Source: Burkholderiales bacterium
GTDB lineage: Bacteria > Pseudomonadota > Gammaproteobacteria > Burkholderiales > SG8-39
Direction of reading: 5' to 3'
NCBI GenBank assembly: GCA_023383795.1
Contig: JAHDYJ010000002.1
Span: forward strand, 64,740-128,739
Length of the DNA: 64,000 nt
Shown piece by piece: positions 8,725-17,457 of the stretch (positions are counted from its first letter, which is position 1; each line of letters starts with the position of its first letter). A program made the translations under genes and the position numbers. The notes beneath the pieces are model-generated. The model was not told where the DNA came from. It saw only the letters and a list, made by a program, of their open reading frames with translations, and made no database searches.

Positions 8725-9464
8725 GGCAGTTCTCCTTTGATGAATGCGGCGGCTTCCGCCGTCGCGGGACTGGTGAAGAAGCGGATGGCGGGCGCGCGCT
8801 CGACGAGCCGGCCCTGGTGCAGGAACAGGATCTCGTCGGCGAGGCGACGCGCCTGCCCGAGGTTGTGCGTCGTCATCACGATCTTGGTGCCGCTCGCGTG
8901 GATCGCGTCGATCGCCGCCTCGATCTCGCGCGTCGCGGTCGGGTCGAGGCTCGCGGTCGGCTCGTCGAGGAACAGCACCTCGGGGCGCAGCGCCCATGCC
9001 CGCGCGATGGCGAGGCGCTGCTGCTCGCCCCCCGAGAGCACGCGCGCCGGCCGCTCGGCCAGGTGACCCAGACCGACACGGCCGAGCGCATCGCGCGCCA
9101 GGGCCCAGCGGTCGCGCCGCGGCACGCCGTGCAATGCGAGCGCGTACTCGATGTTGGCCTGCGCCGAGCGCCGCAGCATCACCGGTCGCTGGAAGACCAT
9201 CGCCTGGCGACGGCCGACCGCCGATGCGCCGGCGCCTCGCCACTCGATCCGGCCGGTGGTCGGTGCGAGCAGCCCGTGGCAGAGCCGCATCAGGACGCTC
9301 TTCCCGGCGCCGTTCGGCCCCACGATGACGGTGCGCGCGCTCGGGCCGATCTCGCAGGTGATCGCGTCCACGATCGTCCGTCCGCCGGCAGCGAACGTGA
9401 CCTCCACCAGCGCGAGGGGCAGGATCGACGAGGGGGCGCGCACCGTTTCCTCCAGCCTATCCAT
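8715..9464 (-). CDS. tupC: ABC transporter ATP-binding protein (TupC-like)
   Basis: Walker A GPNGAGKS, signature LSGGEQQR, Walker B LFLDEP. Confidence 0.85.
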   Translation of the reverse strand: MDRLEETVRAPSSILPLALVEVTFAAGGRTIVDAITCEIGPSARTVIVGPNGAGKSVLMRLCHGLLAPTTGRIEWRGAGASAVGRRQAMVFQRPVMLRRSAQANIEYALALHGVPRRDRWALARDALGRVGLGHLAERPARVLSGGEQQRLAIARAWALRPEVLFLDEPTASLDPTATREIEAAIDAIHASGTKIVMTTHNLGQARRLADEILFLHQGRLVERAPAIRFFTSPATAEAAAFIKGELPWT

Positions 9465-10161
9465 AGCGGCGCTGGGCGGCTTCCTTGGTGAGATACGCCG
9501 CGGCGTTCAGGATCAGCACCAGCGAGATCAGGATCACGCCGAGCCCGAGCGCGAGCGGCAGGTCGCCCTTGCTCGTCTCGAGCGCGATCGCGGTCGTCAT
9601 CACGCGCGTCACGCCGTCGATGTTGCCGCCGACGATCATGACCGCCCCGACCTCCGCGGCGGCGCGACCGAAGCCGGCGAGCACCGCGGTCAGCAGCGAG
9701 AAGCGGGTGTCCCGGAGCAGCGTGAACGCGGCGGAGAGCCGTCCGGCGCCGAGCGAGCGCAACTGCTCCTGATACTCGGTCCAGGCGTCCTCGATCGCCT
9801 GCCGCGCGAGCGCGGCGATGATCGGCAGGATCAGGATGCTCTGCGCGATGACCATCGCCGCCGGCGTGAACAGGATGCCGAGCTCGCCGAGCGGACCGGC
9901 GCGCGAGAGCAGCAGGTACACGAGCAGTCCCACCACGACCGGCGGCAGGCCCATCAGCGCGTTCAGCACGACGATCAGCGCGCGCCGGCCCGGAAAGCGT
10001 CCGACGCCGATCGCGGCGCCGATCGGCAGGCCGATCAGCGTCGCGATACATACCGCGCTCAAGCTCACGCGCAGGCTGAGCAGGACGATGTCGACGAGCG
10101 CCGGGTCGCCGCTCGCGACCAGCGCCGCCGCCTGCGCGAACGCCTCGTGCAGGCTATTCAC
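9457..10161 (-). CDS. tupB: ABC transporter permease (TupB-like)
   Basis: Polytopic permease with an EAA-like loop. GTG start with GGAGG 7 nt upstream. The ORF extension to 11100 is rejected. Confidence 0.8.
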   Translation of the reverse strand: MNSLHEAFAQAAALVASGDPALVDIVLLSLRVSLSAVCIATLIGLPIGAAIGVGRFPGRRALIVVLNALMGLPPVVVGLLVYLLLSRAGPLGELGILFTPAAMVIAQSILILPIIAALARQAIEDAWTEYQEQLRSLGAGRLSAAFTLLRDTRFSLLTAVLAGFGRAAAEVGAVMIVGGNIDGVTRVMTTAIALETSKGDLPLALGLGVILISLVLILNAAAYLTKEAAQRRYG

Positions 10162-10198
10162 GCGCCGCCTCCGGGCGCCGCCGGCGCCCGCGGCAGGC

Positions 10199-10307
10199 GC
10201 ATATCGCGCTTGGCGAACAATATGCTCACGGGGACATACCTGAGAGAGATCGCGAGGAAGACTATGCGAACATGGCCATGCACCACAATATGCTAATCTT
10301 TGCATAT
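10199..10307. promoter_or_regulatory. Cluster of ATATGC/GCATAT repeats in the tupB/regulator divergent region (candidate Mo/W-box operators)
   Basis: GCATAT-N15-ATATGC at 10199-10225 and ATATGC-N8-GCATAT at 10288-10307. Direct repeat ACAATATGCT at 10217-10226 and 10285-10294. This is the locally AT-richest stretch of the region and it overlaps the regulator start codon. Confidence 0.4.
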
Positions 10308-11394
10308 GCTGCGGGTGGAGCTCGATCTGCGCTGGCGCCTCGGCCGGCGCGAGGCGGTGCCGTTCGACGACGCGCTGTTCGCGCTGCTGGAAGGCATCGG
10401 CGAGAGCGAGTCGCTGCAGGCGGCTGCGCGCCGTGCCGGGCTGTCCTATCGCCACGCGTGGGGCCTGCTGAACGGCTGGGCCGAGTCGCTCGGGCGTCCG
10501 CTCGCGACGCTCGAGCGCGGTCGCGGCACGCGGCTGACCCCACTCGGCAGCCGCCTGCTCGACTCGCGCCGCGCGGCGGAAGCGCGGCTCGGACCGGAGC
10601 TCGCCCGGATCGCCGCCGAGCTCGCGGCCGGGCTCGGCGAGCCGGACGCCGCCGCGCGCCGCCTGCGGGTCCACGCGAGCCACGATCTCGCGCTCCGGCG
10701 CACGGCGGAGCGCCTCGCCGACGCACACGGCATCGAACTCGATCTCGCGGTTCACGGCAGCCACGACTGCCTCGAATCGCTCGCGCGCCGCCGGTGCGAC
10801 CTCGCCGGATTCCACGCGGCGCCGGACGCGCCGCTCGAGGGCATGCTGGGCGATGCGTTCCCGAAAGGCATTCCCGAGGCGATCGTCGCGTACCAGCTGT
10901 TCCAGCGGCAGCAGGGATTGATCACCGCCGCGCACGCGACGCCGCCGCTGCGCACGCTCGCCGACGTTGCTCGGACCGGCGCACGGTTCATCAACCGGCA
11001 GCGCGGCTCGGGCACGCGCACGCTGCTCGACCGGCTGCTGCGCCAGGCCGGCCTGAAGCCGAGCGACGTGCGCGGCTATCACGACGAGGAGTTCACGCAC
11101 CTCGCCGTCGCCGCGACGGTTGCGGGCGGCGGCGCCGATGCCGGCTTCGGCATCCGCGCCGCCGCGGCCCAGTTCGGGCTCGAGTTCGCGCCGCTCGCGG
11201 TCGAGACCTACTACCTCGCCTGCCGCGAATCGCGCGCGCGCGAGGAGCCGCTGCCGCGGCTCGTGGAGTTCCTGCGCGGCGAGGAGTTCCAGGCGCTCTG
11301 CGCCGACCTGCCGGGCTACGACGCGCGCGACGCCGGACGCTCGCTGCGCGTCGCGCCGCGGCGCGCGCGCCGGGTGCGTGCCGGCGGCGCGTGA
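10306..11394 (+). CDS. Transcriptional regulator: ModE-type N-terminal HTH fused to a periplasmic-binding-protein-like (PBP) domain
   Basis: The N-terminus (LQAAARRAGLSYRHAWGLLN...RGRGTRLTPLG) resembles the ModE DNA-binding domain. The C-terminal 250 aa resemble the PBP-like domain found in HTH-PBP regulators. No Mop/TOBE domain is present. ATG at 10306 is preferred over TTG at 10300. Confidence 0.75.
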   Translation: MLRVELDLRWRLGRREAVPFDDALFALLEGIGESESLQAAARRAGLSYRHAWGLLNGWAESLGRPLATLERGRGTRLTPLGSRLLDSRRAAEARLGPELARIAAELAAGLGEPDAAARRLRVHASHDLALRRTAERLADAHGIELDLAVHGSHDCLESLARRRCDLAGFHAAPDAPLEGMLGDAFPKGIPEAIVAYQLFQRQQGLITAAHATPPLRTLADVARTGARFINRQRGSGTRTLLDRLLRQAGLKPSDVRGYHDEEFTHLAVAATVAGGGADAGFGIRAAAAQFGLEFAPLAVETYYLACRESRAREEPLPRLVEFLRGEEFQALCADLPGYDARDAGRSLRVAPRRARRVRAGGA

Positions 11395-11467
11395 CTGCCG
11401 CGGCCGACCGGCGATTTACAATGGCGGGGCGCGACCGATCGCGCCAAACCGTCCAGGAGAGCACGGC

Positions 11468-11680
11468 ATGAAGATCAGCGCACGCAATGCGATTCCCGGC
11501 AAGGTGAAGAAGGTCAAGCTCGGCCCGGTCAGCGCCGAGGTCACCCTCGAGGTGGCGCGCGGCATCGAGATCGTCTCGGTGATCAGCGCGACGTCGGCGA
11601 AGGCGCTGCAGCTCAAGAAGGGCAAGCAGGCCTGGGCGGTGATCAAGGCGAGCAACGTGATGGTCGGCGTCGAGCACTGA
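11468..11680 (+). CDS. mop: Molybdenum-pterin-binding protein Mop (single TOBE domain, molbindin)
   Basis: 70 aa, MKISARN...GKV...AVIKASNVMV. AGGAGA sits upstream of the ATG. Confidence 0.85.
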   Translation: MKISARNAIPGKVKKVKLGPVSAEVTLEVARGIEIVSVISATSAKALQLKKGKQAWAVIKASNVMVGVEH

Positions 11681-11688
11681 CCGCTGCC

Positions 11689-12743
11689 GTGCAGCTCGCG
11701 CGTCTGGCGCTCGCCGGCGTCCTCGCCGCCGCACTCGCCTCCGGTCTCGCGGCCGCCGCGCACGCGGCCGATCCGCGCACGGTCGTCGACTCGGCGGGGC
11801 GCCGGGTCGCCCTGCCGGCGCGCGTCGAGCGGGTGTTCGCCGCCGGGCCGCCGGCGAGCGTCATGGTCTTCGCGATCGCGCCCGGCAAGCTGCTCGGCTG
11901 GACGCGCGCGATCCGGCCGGCGGAGGCCGCGTTCATGCCGCGGCGCTACGCGGCGCTCCCCGAGCTCGGGCGCCTCGCGGGCCGCGGCGACACCGCGAAC
12001 GTCGAGACGGTCATGGCGCTGCGGCCCGACGTGATCATCGACGTCGGATCGGTCGCCGACACCTACGCGTCTCTCGCCGACCGCGTCCAGCGGACGACCG
12101 GCATTCCGTACCTGCTGTTCGACGGCCGCTTCGCGTCGATGGCCGACACGCTGCGCCGGATCGGCGCGGTGACGGGCGACGTCGCGCAGGCCGAGCGGCT
12201 CGCCCGCTACGCGGAGCGCACGCTCGCCGAGGTGCGCCAGCGGTTGGCCGCGGTGCCGGCCGGCGGCCATCCGCGCGTGTACTACGCGCGCGGACCGGCC
12301 GGGCTGCAGACCGGGCTCGCCGGCTCGATCAACGTCGAGGTGCTGGACGTCATCGGCGCCCGGAACGTCGCCGCGGGCGCCCGCGGCGGGCTCGCGAACG
12401 TGTCGCTCGAGCAGGTGCTCGCCTGGGCACCGGAGGTGATCATCACCAGCGATCCGCTCTTTTTTCGCGCGGTGCCGATCGATCCGCGCTGGGCCGGCGT
12501 CCCGCGGTGCGGTCGGGGCGCATCCATCTCTCGCCGCACCTGCCGTTCGGCTGGTTCGACTTCCCGCCCGGCGCGAACCGCCTGATCGGCCTCTACTGGA
12601 CCGGGCGCGCGCTCTACCCGGACGCGTTCCCCGACGACCTGCGCGCGCGGACCGCGGAGTTCTACGAGCTCTTCTACCATCAGCGACCGAGCGAGGCGCA
12701 GCTCGACGCGCTGCTCGGTGAGAGCGCGGCCGCCAGAAGATGA
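11689..12743 (+). pseudogene. Type-8 (FecB/BtuF/MolA-like) ABC substrate-binding protein, disrupted by a 1-nt frameshift near 12504
   Basis: ORF 11689-12585 carries the signal peptide and most of the domain. The conserved C-terminus (RSGRIHLSPHLPFGWFDFPPGANRLIGLYW...) continues in the neighbouring frame (12507-12743). Confidence 0.75.
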
Positions 12744-13789
12744 CCGGCGCGCCCGCGGCCGGAGCGAGCGCACGCCGGACGGGCGGTCGTCCGCTCTGGT
12801 TCAATCTGGGGGCGGCGCTGCTGCTCGCAGCGCTGGTGCTGTTCGCGATGTCCGTCGGCCGATTCCCGCTCGGGCCGGGCGAGATCCTCGCCGTCGTGTG
12901 GGCGAAGCTCACCGGTGCGGCCGCCGTGGCACCCTCGGCGGCCGAGACCGTGATCTTCCAGGTGCGCGGGCCGCGCGTTGCCGCCGCGATCGTGATCGGC
13001 GCGGCGCTCGCCGCCGCGGGCACAGCCTACCAGGGCATGTTCCGCAACCCGCTCGTCTCGCCCGACATCCTCGGCGTGTCGGCCGGCGCCGGTCTCGGCG
13101 CCGTGCTCGCGATCTTCCTCTCGCTCTCGGTGCTCGCGATCCAGGCGTTCGCGTTCGCCGGCGGCATCGCCGCGGTGGCGATCGTCTACCTCGTCGGCTC
13201 CTCGGTGCGCGGCCACGATCCGATCCTCGCGCTGATCCTCGCCGGCGTGGTGATCGGGACGCTGCTCGGCTCGTGCATCGCGCTGCTGAAGTATCTCGCA
13301 GATCCCTACAACCAGCTTCCGGCCATCACGTTCTGGCTGCTCGGCAGCCTGGCCGCGGTCGGCTCGCAGGAGCTCGGGATGGTCACGCTGTTCGTCCTCG
13401 CTGCGCTGGTGCCGATGTTCCTGCTGCGCTGGCGCATGAACCTGCTCTCGCTCGCCGACGACGAGGCGCGCGCGCTCGGCGTGAACACCGGGCTGCTGCG
13501 CGTCGTGGTGGTGTGCGCGGCCACGCTCATGACCGCGACCAGCGTGGCCGTGAGCGGCATCATCGGCTGGGTGGGCCTTCTGATCCCGCACGCCGCGCGG
13601 ATGCTCGTCGGGCCGGAGTTCTCGCGGCTGCTGCCGGTCGCGATGCTGCTCGGCGCCGGCTACCTGCTCGGCGTCGACACGCTCGCCCGCACCATGGCCC
13701 GCATCGAGGTCCCGCCGGGCGTGCTGACCGCCGTCATCGGCACGCCGTTCTTCGTCTGGCTGCTCGCGGCCAGCCGCCGCACCTGGTGA
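12740..13789 (+). CDS. FecCD/BtuC-family ABC permease (type II importer)
   Basis: 349 aa, about 10 TM segments, typical FecCD pattern (RNPLVSPDILGVSAGA, GIIGWVGLLIPH). Confidence 0.85.
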   Translation: MTGAPAAGASARRTGGRPLWFNLGAALLLAALVLFAMSVGRFPLGPGEILAVVWAKLTGAAAVAPSAAETVIFQVRGPRVAAAIVIGAALAAAGTAYQGMFRNPLVSPDILGVSAGAGLGAVLAIFLSLSVLAIQAFAFAGGIAAVAIVYLVGSSVRGHDPILALILAGVVIGTLLGSCIALLKYLADPYNQLPAITFWLLGSLAAVGSQELGMVTLFVLAALVPMFLLRWRMNLLSLADDEARALGVNTGLLRVVVVCAATLMTATSVAVSGIIGWVGLLIPHAARMLVGPEFSRLLPVAMLLGAGYLLGVDTLARTMARIEVPPGVLTAVIGTPFFVWLLAASRRTW

Positions 13790-14571
13790 GCGCCGTGCGG
13801 CTCGAGACGCGCGCGCTCGCATTCGGTCACCCGGGCCGCACGCTCGCGCGCGACGTCGGCTTCACGCTGGCGGCCGGCGAGGCGCTGGCGGTGCTCGGGC
13901 CGAACGGCGGCGGCAAGACGACCCTGTTCCGCACGCTGCTCGGGCTGCTGCCGCGCCACGGCGGCGAGATCCTGCTCGACGGGCGCGCGCTCGAGGACTG
14001 GGACCGGCGCAGCCTCGCGCGCACGCTCGGCTACGTGCCGCAGCAGCACGCCGGATATTTCAACTTCACCGTGCGCGAGGCGGTGCTCATGGGCCGCACC
14101 GCGCACGTGGGCCTGTTCGCGACCCCTGCCGAGGCCGACCGCGCGGCGGCGGCCGAGGCGATCGAGGCGCTCGGCATCGGTCCGCTCGCCGACCGCATCT
14201 ACACCCGCATCAGCGGCGGCGAGCGGCAGCTCGCGCTCATCGCGCGCGCGCTCGCGCAGGGCCCGCGGCTGCTCGTCATGGACGAGCCGACCGCGAGCCT
14301 GGACTTCGGCAACCAGGCGCTCGTCCTGCGCCAGATCCGTGCGCTGGCGGCGCGCGGCATCGGCGTCATCTTCTCGACCCACGATCCCGACCACGCGCTC
14401 GCGTGCGCGGACCGGGTCATGCTGCTCAAGGACGGCGTGCTGGCGCTCGGCGCCCCGCACGAGGCGATCAGCCCGGAGAGCCTGGAGCGCCTCTACGGCG
14501 TGCATGTCGACGTCGTCAGCCTGCCGGCGCCGCTGGCCGGGAGCGTCTGCGTCCCGCGGCTCGCGACCTAG
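13786..14571 (+). CDS. ABC transporter ATP-binding protein of the type II importer
   Basis: Walker A GPNGGGKTT, signature ISGGERQ, Walker B LLVMDEP. GTG start overlaps the permease TGA (GTGA). Confidence 0.85.
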   Translation: MSAVRLETRALAFGHPGRTLARDVGFTLAAGEALAVLGPNGGGKTTLFRTLLGLLPRHGGEILLDGRALEDWDRRSLARTLGYVPQQHAGYFNFTVREAVLMGRTAHVGLFATPAEADRAAAAEAIEALGIGPLADRIYTRISGGERQLALIARALAQGPRLLVMDEPTASLDFGNQALVLRQIRALAARGIGVIFSTHDPDHALACADRVMLLKDGVLALGAPHEAISPESLERLYGVHVDVVSLPAPLAGSVCVPRLAT

Positions 14572-14615
14572 TTCATCAATCCGACCTGCTCGACCACCGC
14601 GAAAGGAGCCCCACG

Positions 14616-14903
14616 ATGCCTGCCTACCTGATTGCCGACATGGACGCCTCCGACCCCGCGCGGTACGAGGAGTACAAGCGCCTTGCCCCGCCCGCGATCG
14701 AGAAGTACGGCGGCCGCTATCTCGCGCGCGGCGGCAGGACCGAGGTTCTGGAGGGCGAGTGGTCGCCGAAGCGTTTCGTGATCGTCGAGTTCGAGAGCAT
14801 GGAGAAGGTCAAGGCGTTCTTCGACTCCCCCGAATACCGCGCGGCGCGGAAAGCGCGCGAGGGAGCCGGGGTGTTCCGGATGCTCGCGGTCGAGGGCCTC
14901 TGA
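14616..14903 (+). CDS. DUF1330 domain protein
   Basis: 95 aa, MPAYLIADMD...YEEYKRLAPPAIEKYGGRYLARGG pattern. AAAGGAG sits upstream. Confidence 0.7.
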   Translation: MPAYLIADMDASDPARYEEYKRLAPPAIEKYGGRYLARGGRTEVLEGEWSPKRFVIVEFESMEKVKAFFDSPEYRAARKAREGAGVFRMLAVEGL

Positions 14904-14979
14904 GGCCGCGCCCCTTGGACGGGCCGCGCCCCGGGTGAGACAATCGCGGTACCGCAAGCACGCGGAGGCAGCGAACCGC

Positions 14980-15963
14980 ATGAAATACCGCAAGCGCGAC
15001 GCGAAGGACTACGCGCGCACCCACCTCAAGGGAATCTGGGCCGCCGCGCTGACGCCGTTCGGGCCTGACCTCGTCCTCGACGAGGACGGCTTCCGGCGTA
15101 ACCTCCGCCACTGGTACCGCGATCTCGGCATCGCCGGGATCTTCGTCGCCGGCAAGCAGGGCGAGTTCTTCTCGATGTCGGTGGCCGAGCGCAAGCGCAC
15201 GTTCGACGTCGCCGCCGAGGAGGCCGCGAGCGCCGGCGCGGCCACGATCATGTCGTGCTCGGACCAGAACCTCGACACCGTGCTCGAGCTCGCGCGGCAT
15301 GCGCAGGCGATCGACGCCGACTACATCGTCGTGCACAGCCCGCTCCTGCATTTCGGGCGGGACGCCGACGACACGGTGTACGAGTACTACCGCCACATCG
15401 CGGAGCAGGTCGACATCGGCATCGCGCTGTGGAGCCATCCGGACGCCGGCTACCTGATGAGCCCGGAGCTCTGCACGCGCCTGGCGGAGCTGCCGAACAT
15501 CGTGGCGATCAAGTACAGCGTGCCGCGCGACATGTACGCCAGGCTCACGCGGATGGCGGGCGACAAGCTGATCGTGAGCACCGCATCCGAGGAGGAGTGG
15601 CTCGACAACATCGTGGAGCTCGGCTGGCAGGTCTATCTCTGCTCCACGCCGCCCTACCTGATGCAGACCCGGCGCGACCGGCGCATCCACGAGTACACCG
15701 AGCTCGCGATGCGCGGCGAGATCGAGCGCGCCAGGGCGGTGCGCGACAGCCTGGAGCCGGTGCGCCAGGCGCTCAAGCGCACGCGGCCCAAGGGCACGCC
15801 GCAGGCGCACCAGAAGTACTGGCAGGAGCTTCTCGGACAGACGGGCGGGCGCGTGCGCCGGCCGCTGCTCGAGCTCACCGACGAAGAGAAGGCCGCCACG
15901 CGCGCGGCGTTCGAGAGCTGCGGGCTGAAGGTCGATCCGGCCGCGCGCAAGGCGGCGGCCTGA
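14980..15963 (+). CDS. Dihydrodipicolinate synthase/N-acetylneuraminate lyase family (class I aldolase-like) protein
   Basis: DHDPS-family pattern (GIWAAALTPF...GIFVAGKQGEFFSMS...AIKYS). ATG at 14980 with GGAGG upstream; the ORF also opens at GTG 14935. Confidence 0.7.
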   Translation: MKYRKRDAKDYARTHLKGIWAAALTPFGPDLVLDEDGFRRNLRHWYRDLGIAGIFVAGKQGEFFSMSVAERKRTFDVAAEEAASAGAATIMSCSDQNLDTVLELARHAQAIDADYIVVHSPLLHFGRDADDTVYEYYRHIAEQVDIGIALWSHPDAGYLMSPELCTRLAELPNIVAIKYSVPRDMYARLTRMAGDKLIVSTASEEEWLDNIVELGWQVYLCSTPPYLMQTRRDRRIHEYTELAMRGEIERARAVRDSLEPVRQALKRTRPKGTPQAHQKYWQELLGQTGGRVRRPLLELTDEEKAATRAAFESCGLKVDPAARKAAA

Positions 15964-15973
15964 GGAGGCGACG

Positions 15974-16531
15974 ATGGGCATGGCCGCGAATCTGAAGGCG
16001 TTCAACCTGCAAGGCTGGGTCGAGGCGAACCGGCACCGGCTGCAGCCGCCGGTCGGCAACCAGCTCCTGTTCGAGGACGCGCGCATGATCGTGATGGCGA
16101 TCGGCGGGCCGAACCAGCGCACCGACTTCCACGACGATCCGGTGGAGGAGTACTTCTACCAGCTCAGGGGCGACATCACCCTGCGGGTGATGGACGAGCC
16201 GGGCCGGCCGCCGCTCGACATCCCGATCCGCGAGGGCGAGGTCTTCCTGCTCCCGCCGCACGTGCGCCACTCGCCGCAGCGGCCGATGCCTGGCAGCATC
16301 GGCATCGTCGTCGAGAGTCCGCGCCAGGACTGGCACAAGGACGCGTTCGAGTGGTACTGCCTGGAGTGCCACCAGCTCGTCTACCGCTTCGAGCATCCGC
16401 TGCGCCGGGCGCAGGAGATCGTGACGGTGATGCCGCCGCTCTTCGAGCGGTTCTATTCCGACGTGTCGCTGCGCAAGTGCAGCCACTGCGGCGCGGTTCA
16501 TCCAGGGCGCAAGGCGCTGCAAGCCGCCTGA
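15974..16531 (+). CDS. nbaC: 3-hydroxyanthranilate 3,4-dioxygenase
   Basis: Cupin core FHDDPVEEYFYQLRGD...LLPPHVRHSPQR plus the C-terminal rubredoxin-like CLEC...CSHC site. GAGGAGG sits upstream. Confidence 0.85.
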   Translation: MGMAANLKAFNLQGWVEANRHRLQPPVGNQLLFEDARMIVMAIGGPNQRTDFHDDPVEEYFYQLRGDITLRVMDEPGRPPLDIPIREGEVFLLPPHVRHSPQRPMPGSIGIVVESPRQDWHKDAFEWYCLECHQLVYRFEHPLRRAQEIVTVMPPLFERFYSDVSLRKCSHCGAVHPGRKALQAA

Positions 16532-16542
16532 GGGGGTTGGAC

Positions 16543-17400
16543 GTGTTCCCGCTCCGCGAAATCCGCTACGTGCGGCTCGGCGCCGCGAACCTGGACGAGT
16601 CGGTCGCGTTCGCGACCCGCATTCTCGGCCTGCAGCTCGTCGAGCGCACCGGCGACCGCGCGTTCCTGCGCAGCGACCACCGCGCGCACACGCTGTGCTA
16701 CGTGGCCGGCGGCTCGCCCGGGCACGTCATCGGCTTCGAGGTCGCCGACGACGTCTCCCTCGATGCGGTCGCCGACATGCTCGGCCAGCGCAAGATCGAC
16801 GCGCGCTGGGGAACGCGCGGCGAGTGCGACGAGCGGCAGGTGCGGCGGATCATCCGCTTCGAGGACCGCAACGGCACGACGATCGAGGTGGTCGAGCGCG
16901 GCCAGGTGTCGGGCTGGCGCTACTTCCCCGCCCGCGACGCCGGCATCACCGGCTTCTCGCACGTCGGGCTGCACTCGGGCGACCTGCTGCGCGACCACGA
17001 CTTCTGGACCGGCGTGTGCGGCGCGCGCGTGTCGGACTGGATCGGCGACGCGGCGCTCCTCCGGATCAACCCGGTGCACCACTCGATCGCGCTCTTCCCG
17101 TCGCAGCGCGTCGGCGTGCAGCACGTCAATCACCAGGTCGAGTCGATCGACGACGTGATGCGCTCGTATTACTTCCTGCGCGAGCATGGCGTGAAGATCG
17201 TGTTCGGCCCCGGCCGCCACCCGACCTCGAGCGCGGTGTTCCTGTACTTCCAGGGTCCCGACGACGTGGTCTACGAGTACTCGTGCGGCGTGAAGATGAT
17301 CACCGACGAGGCCGGCCACCAGCCGCGCCAGTTCCCGTTCTCGCCGGCCGGCTTCTGCATGTGGGGCTCCAAGCCCGACGTGCCGGAGTTCCGCGACTGA
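16543..17400 (+). CDS. Two-domain type I extradiol ring-cleavage dioxygenase (VOC superfamily, BphC-like)
   Basis: 285 aa with a duplicated glyoxalase-fold pattern and conserved FSHVGL, HHSIAL and VYEY segments. GTG start after GAGGGGG. Confidence 0.75.
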   Translation: MFPLREIRYVRLGAANLDESVAFATRILGLQLVERTGDRAFLRSDHRAHTLCYVAGGSPGHVIGFEVADDVSLDAVADMLGQRKIDARWGTRGECDERQVRRIIRFEDRNGTTIEVVERGQVSGWRYFPARDAGITGFSHVGLHSGDLLRDHDFWTGVCGARVSDWIGDAALLRINPVHHSIALFPSQRVGVQHVNHQVESIDDVMRSYYFLREHGVKIVFGPGRHPTSSAVFLYFQGPDDVVYEYSCGVKMITDEAGHQPRQFPFSPAGFCMWGSKPDVPEFRD

Positions 17401-17457
17401 GCCTCTGCACCCCGGCCCGACCCTCGCGGGAAGGATGGGTTCGGGTAATCGCGAGAT

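Noticed and set aside
12718-14571. 617-aa ORF that appears to fuse the permease region with the ABC ATPase
   Set aside because: The first 350 codons are an out-of-frame shadow of the FecCD permease gene. The ATPase motifs begin only after the GTG at 13786, which overlaps the permease stop.
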